In this document: one piece after another, positions 58,787 through 64,000 of the stretch
Layout of the letters: each line of letters starts with the position of its first letter
How positions within the stretch are numbered: position 1 is the first letter of the stretch
Source of the DNA: Lingula anatina
Taxonomy: Eukaryota; Animalia; Brachiopoda
Direction: 5' to 3'
DNA length: 64,000 nt
Assembly (NCBI GenBank): GCA_051362555.1
Contig: CM120644.1
Location: forward strand, 132,954-196,953
The notes under the pieces: model-generated
What the model saw: only the letters and a program-made list of their open reading frames with translations
Told to the model about the DNA's origin: nothing
Databases searched by the model: none
Position numbers and translations under genes: made by a program

Positions 58787-59828
58787 CCCAAACCCAATAT
58801 AGAGGTGCAATTGATGTCACAAGCATGTTATTAAAAATATTTACTGCACAGATTGCTAACTGTGTTTGATTATTTTAGGGTCCCACATGAAGAAGCTTGT
58901 ATTAAAGTTTCACTCTCCTGGAACCATGAATAATTAAAAATAATTCATCGTTTAACCCCAAAAGGGAACATACGTTACTGTCACAAATACAAAACGTCCA
59001 ACTGTGAAACGTTCTACTCACTTTGAAAATTCAGTCATCACTGGTTTGTTCATTGATTTATCTCCTACAAGTATAACGTTGCTAAAAATTATAATAATCT
59101 TCTGTATAGAGCAGTTAATTGTTTTTGAGCGACTTTAGTTTGCCTGTCACAGAATATTTAAAAAATGGGGAAAATACACCCTACCGACAGTAAAATAAGC
59201 ATTTAATAAAAAAATTTCCCTTCATAATACAAATATTATATCAGAAATGTCAAACTATCATGGAACCACAATATATTGTTCGGTCAGCAAAAGAAAACAT
59301 TGTATCTCTTGCACACAAGTACTTGAACAAAATGAAACATTTTGACAATTTTTCTAGGGAACATACGTTACCTACTAGTATAACTGATGACGCAAAGCCC
59401 CTTGAGATACAGTTTAAATATTTATAAAAACGTCCTTACGTCATGTCTAATTTACCATTACTGAACCGTTAAAAAATATATCGGAACGCGGCATAAAAAT
59501 GAAAATTAAATGGCAAGAACATACGTTACCCTACGGTTTTTGGAACATACGTTACCATATAGGGCTCTTTGCGTAATGTTAAAGACATGGTAAAATTTAA
59601 AAATTGAATTTCAGTTGAGACAGTCGTGGATTTTTGTTCTATACACATATAGCCTATGTTTTGAAATATTGTATACAATTTTGAATTCATTCATTTTTAT
59701 TTTTTGACACTTCAGCATGTGAAATGCACCTTTATATTGGGTTTGGGTGTCTCTCTCTCTCTCTCTCTCTCTTCCTTAAATAGTTATATTATGATTTTAA
59801 GTAAAAGTCCTTAATCATCTCTTCAAAA

Positions 59829-59892
<64 letters not shown>

Positions 59893-60334
59893 TTTTTGTT
59901 GTTGTCAGGTAACGGGTTCCATGCCTTACGACGATTCCAACATTAAACGGATGATCAGGGAACAGCTGGAGAGACATGTGAGGTTTCCTAGGGGTGTCCG
60001 CGTGACCACCCCCTGTCAGAGCCTTATACATCACGCGCTGACTGCTGACGTGACAAGACGTGCGACCATAGCTGATATACGAGCTAGTGAGTGGATGGCA
60101 GGGGCACGTGCTCTGCTAAACGAGAAACAAAAGAAGTCCGGACCCCAAAACAAAGTTGAGCAGCGGTCAAAACCCAATAAAAATGAACGCAACATTGTTC
60201 AGCAGATGGCCAAAAAGCTAGATACTGTGAATAACAACGTAGCATCTTCCAGTAAGGATACTTCTGATACGACGGCGAGGCAAGGTGTCTCTAGTGAGCT
60301 GGCAGCCGATATGAAAGGGTTATCCACGGAGTAA
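56606..60334 (+). CDS. TSSK1: Testis-specific serine/threonine kinase (TSSK1/2-like), copy 2, with longer C-terminal tail
   Basis: Exons 56606-56878, 57864-58012, 58521-58728, 59909-60334; same kinase motifs ([16 protein letters not shown]) and same intron positions as copy 1. Confidence 0.9.
58139..58355. mobile_element. Degenerate Tourist/PIF-like MITE in TSSK copy 2 intron 2
   Basis: Imperfect TIRs gggtgcattcccagagatttagatcgatc / gatcgatcttaaatctatggaaatggggtc; TAA on both flanks. Confidence 0.55.
58785..59749. mobile_element. 965-bp non-autonomous EnSpm/CACTA-like element (CACCC ends) inserted in (CT)n
   Basis: TIRs cacccaaacccaatatagaggtgca / tgcacctttatattgggtttgggtg; TC on both sides; repeated motif gaacatacgttac at about 58966, 59359, 59517, 59543. 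Confidence 0.8.
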
Positions 60335-62187
60335 TAGCATTTTATTATCATAACCCAGGCAACTGTCACCGTTTTTACACTGTTTTGATCTATGGTCTCC
60401 GTGGTCTCATCAAAATGGGGAAATGCTTAGGAAAAAGCTCGTCTCAAGATCAAGAGTTTTACCTTTAGTTCTCAAAGCAATACAAACCAGGATATCATTG
60501 TAAACTCATTGTGGCCGGATGTTCCAATCTGACAATTGTGTTCTACACAGCTATGTCGCAGCTGATGCAATTATCAACTGACAAAATTGACCCCAACGAA
60601 CATTACATTAAACAGGAAATTCTGTCTCTCAGTACTGAAATGAATCGTGCAAAGTTATTCGTAATATAAACTAAAACCATGGGACAAGTGTTAAGTTGGA
60701 AACCGCGCTGCCTTATCTTATATAATGATAATAAAATTAAAATAAATTATTATTTGGCTCTTACTGGTATATATTTGATAATGAAAGCAACTTACCATGC
60801 CTGGCAATAAAAGAACTATGACGCAGGAACTGACAAATGTCTGTATAGGCCTAAATTGGCCCCCTATAGCATTGACAACAAATAAAACCCTGGATAATAG
60901 CGTGTATTGATATCAGTGTGTACATTTACCACCTCATCTACATTTTGGTATCTTTTCTTTACCTATTTTATTCGCGATTGGTTCTAATAAAACAAACCGG
61001 AAGGATGCTCTCTCATATAGCATCCCTTATTACACAATTGTTACAATGTCATTCTTAAATCAACATCAAAGCACGATGATTCTAAGGCATATCACCAATG
61101 AATAAAATAATTTATCTTAGTAGAAGAATCAAGGGGACAGCAACTTCCACAAATAATGGGAAATGTGCTGGTGCAGTGTTATGACAAAAATCATCGCATT
61201 AGTTATATTTACATTAGTTATATTACTTATTAAACATATAAGACATATTGCGAGTGTTGATGAATATTCTGATTATGACAAGGTTATGTAAATATAACAC
61301 ACACCATTTGAAATCTTTCCTTTTCACTTCCACTCCCCGAATTTGCCCTCCGTATGACGACATTTGTCAGTCCTAATTATGTCGTGAAAGTTGAAGCGTT
61401 TTTCTCATAATGCTTAAAACGCAACTTGCAGTTTATATTCACATTGTAAATCGAGCACTATTACAAAAAATTTAAATGGGAGGGTGAATTACACATAGCA
61501 TTGCGTTATATAGCACTATAATTTTTAGTTATCATCTTAAGAAATAACTTAAAAGCATAAAAGCATATTTCTTTTGTAAATATCTTTGGCTTTTACTTAA
61601 ATCATAACGTATCCATACTAAATTAAATTCGTTACGACAGAAATATTTATTTTTGCATGTTTCTGTCAAGATAGAGCAATATAAAGTAAATGTGAAGTTT
61701 TGCGGGACGCTACCTCTAGAAAACCGTCTGGATTATACCCCTCTCTCCATTTTTTTTCTTTTTTGCATATCTTTACTTCTATGGTCTCTATATTAAATCT
61801 CTCAAATTTTATCAGAGACCCGTCTCACAAAGCTCTCGTTAGCCTCTCGTTATTTATGAGTGCCGTTTCAAGAAGCTGTCGCTAGTTAGTTCTCTCGTTC
61901 GTTATTGTCTCATTTTAACCATGAATATTTAACGAGTGGATCAGACCACTCGCAGAGTTTTATCGTACGCATGCTTAATGAATGAAACAAAAAGGATGCT
62001 TAGTTACCGTTTTTTGTCGTCTGTCTTTGTATGCGGTATTGAGGCTGCCATGCCGCCAGACGACAGCAGAGACTATGACGTTTTCATCAGAGGCAGAAAC
62101 TATTAGAATATATGAACAATGATGCAATTTACAAAAGGTTGCACCTGACAGAAGTGGTGTTTCTGAAATATGAGACAGCCAGGCATT

Positions 62188-63925
62188 TGCTATAAAGGAC
62201 GGGTATAACAAGTGTTTTCTATAAAGGATGGGTATATCAAGTGTTTTCTATAAAGGACGGGTATAACAAGTGTTTTCTATAAAGGATGGGTATAACAAGT
62301 GTTTTCTATAAAGGATGGGTATAACAAGTGTTTTCTATAAAGAACATGTATAACAAGTGTTTTCTATAAAGGATGGGTATATCAACTGTTTTCTTTAAAG
62401 GATGGGTATAACAAGTGTTTTCTATAAAGGACGGGTATAACAAGTGTTTTCTATAAAGGATGGGTATAACAAGTGTTTTCTACAAAGGATGGGTATATCA
62501 AGTGTTTTCTATAAAGGACGGGTATATCAAGTGTTTTCTATGAAAGACATGTATAACAAGTGTTTTCTATAAAAGATGGGTATAACAAGTGTTTTCTATA
62601 AAGGACATGTATAACAAGTGTTTTCTATAAAGGATGGGTATAACAAGTGTTTTCTATAAAGGACGGGTATAACAAGTGTTTTCTATAAAGGACGGGTATA
62701 TCAAGTGTTTTCTATAAAGGATGGGTATAACAAGTGTTTTCTATAAAGGACGGGTATAACAAGTGTTTTCTATAAAGGACGGGTATAACATGTGTTTTCT
62801 ATAAAGGACGGGTATAACAAGTGTTTTCTATAAAGGATGGGTATAACAAGTGTTTTCTATAAAGGATGGGTATAACAAGTGTTTTCTATAAAGAACATGT
62901 ATAACAAGTGTTTTCTATAAAGGACGGGTATAACAGGTGTTTTCTATAAAGGACGGGTATAACAAGTGTTTTCTATAAAAGACGGGTATAACAGGTGTTT
63001 TCTATAAAGGAAGGATATAACAAGTGTTTTCTATAAAGGACGGGTATAACAAGTGTTTTCTATAAAGGATGGGTATAACAAGTGTTTTCTATAAAGGACG
63101 GGTATAACAAGTGTTTTCTATAAAGGACGGGTATAACAAGTGTTTTCTATAAAGGACGGGTATAACAAGTGTTTTCTATAAAAGACGGGTATAACAAGTG
63201 TTTTCTATAAAGGACGGGTATAACAAGTGTTTTCTATAAAGGATGGGTATAACAGGTGTTTTCTATAAAGGACGGGTATAACAAGTGTTTTCTATAAAGG
63301 ATGGGTATAACAAGTGTTTTCTATAAAGGACGGGTATAACAAGTGTTTTCTATAAAGGATGGGTATAACAAGTTTTTTTCTATAAAGGATGGGTATAACA
63401 AGTGTTTTCTATAAAGGATGGGTATAACAAGTGTTTTCTATAAAGGACGGGTATAACAAGTGTTTTCTATAAAAGATGGGTATAACAAGTTTTTTTCTAT
63501 AAAGGATGGGTATAACAAGTGTTTTCTATAAAGGATGGGTATTACAAGTGTTTTCTATAAAGGACGGGTATAACAAGTTTTTTTCTATAAAGGATGGGTA
63601 TAACAAGTGTTTTCTATAAAGGACGGGTATATCAAGTGTTTTCCATAAAGGACGGGTATAACAAGTGTTTTCTATAAAGGATGGGTATATCAAGTGTTTT
63701 CTATAAAGGATGGGTATATCAAGTGTTTTCTATAAAGGACGGGTATAACAAGTGTTTTCTATAAAGGATGGGTATAACAAGTGTTTTCTATAAATGACGG
63801 GTATAACAAGTGTTTTCTATAAAGGATGGGTATAACAAGTGTTTTCTATAAAGGACGGGTAGAGTCTATATCAAGTGTTTTCTATAAAGAATGGGTAAAT
63901 CAAAGTGTTTGCTATATAAAGAAGG
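62188..63925. repeat. 29-bp minisatellite, about 58 copies
   Basis: Unit tataaaggaYgggtataacaagtgttttc. Confidence 0.97.
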
Positions 63926-64000
63926 GTTATTTTGCTCTATATTCCAATGACCGGGGGGGGGGGGGGGGGTTACGCGCGTGGAGAAACCATGTGTTCGTAT

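Noticed and set aside
62188-63925. CRISPR-like 29-bp periodicity
   Set aside because: Head-to-tail units without unique spacers, eukaryotic context, no cas genes.

Overview
Repeat-rich, intron-rich animal genomic DNA (invertebrate; mollusc-like by repeat style, which is inference). It holds four host genes. (1) The 5' half of PRPF40 (U1-associated WW/FF splicing factor) is on the minus strand and runs off the left edge. (2) A complete MRL-family adaptor gene (lamellipodin/RAPH1-RIAM-pico type, RA-PH plus Pro-rich tail) is on the plus strand. (3, 4) A tandem pair of 4-exon testis-specific Ser/Thr kinase (TSSK) genes follows. Between the divergent PRPF40 and MRL genes lies an intact, very young BEL/Pao LTR retrotransposon (828-bp LTRs, 5-bp TSD) nested in a small TIR element. 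There are also a solo LTR, two Helentron/HINE-like elements, several MITEs, an L2 fragment and about 12 minisatellites. Top observation: the BEL element has no tRNA-type PBS, but splicing a GT-AG intron in its LTR would create a 10-nt sequence exactly complementary, in exact register, to the bases after the 5' LTR (candidate splicing-dependent self-priming). Also notable: tandem arrays of 5' splice sites in PRPF40, a candidate poison microexon, a duplicated coiled-coil exon in the MRL gene, and conserved CRE plus hairpin leaders and gene conversion in the TSSK pair. Coordinates were read by eye and splice structures are inferred, not transcript-verified.
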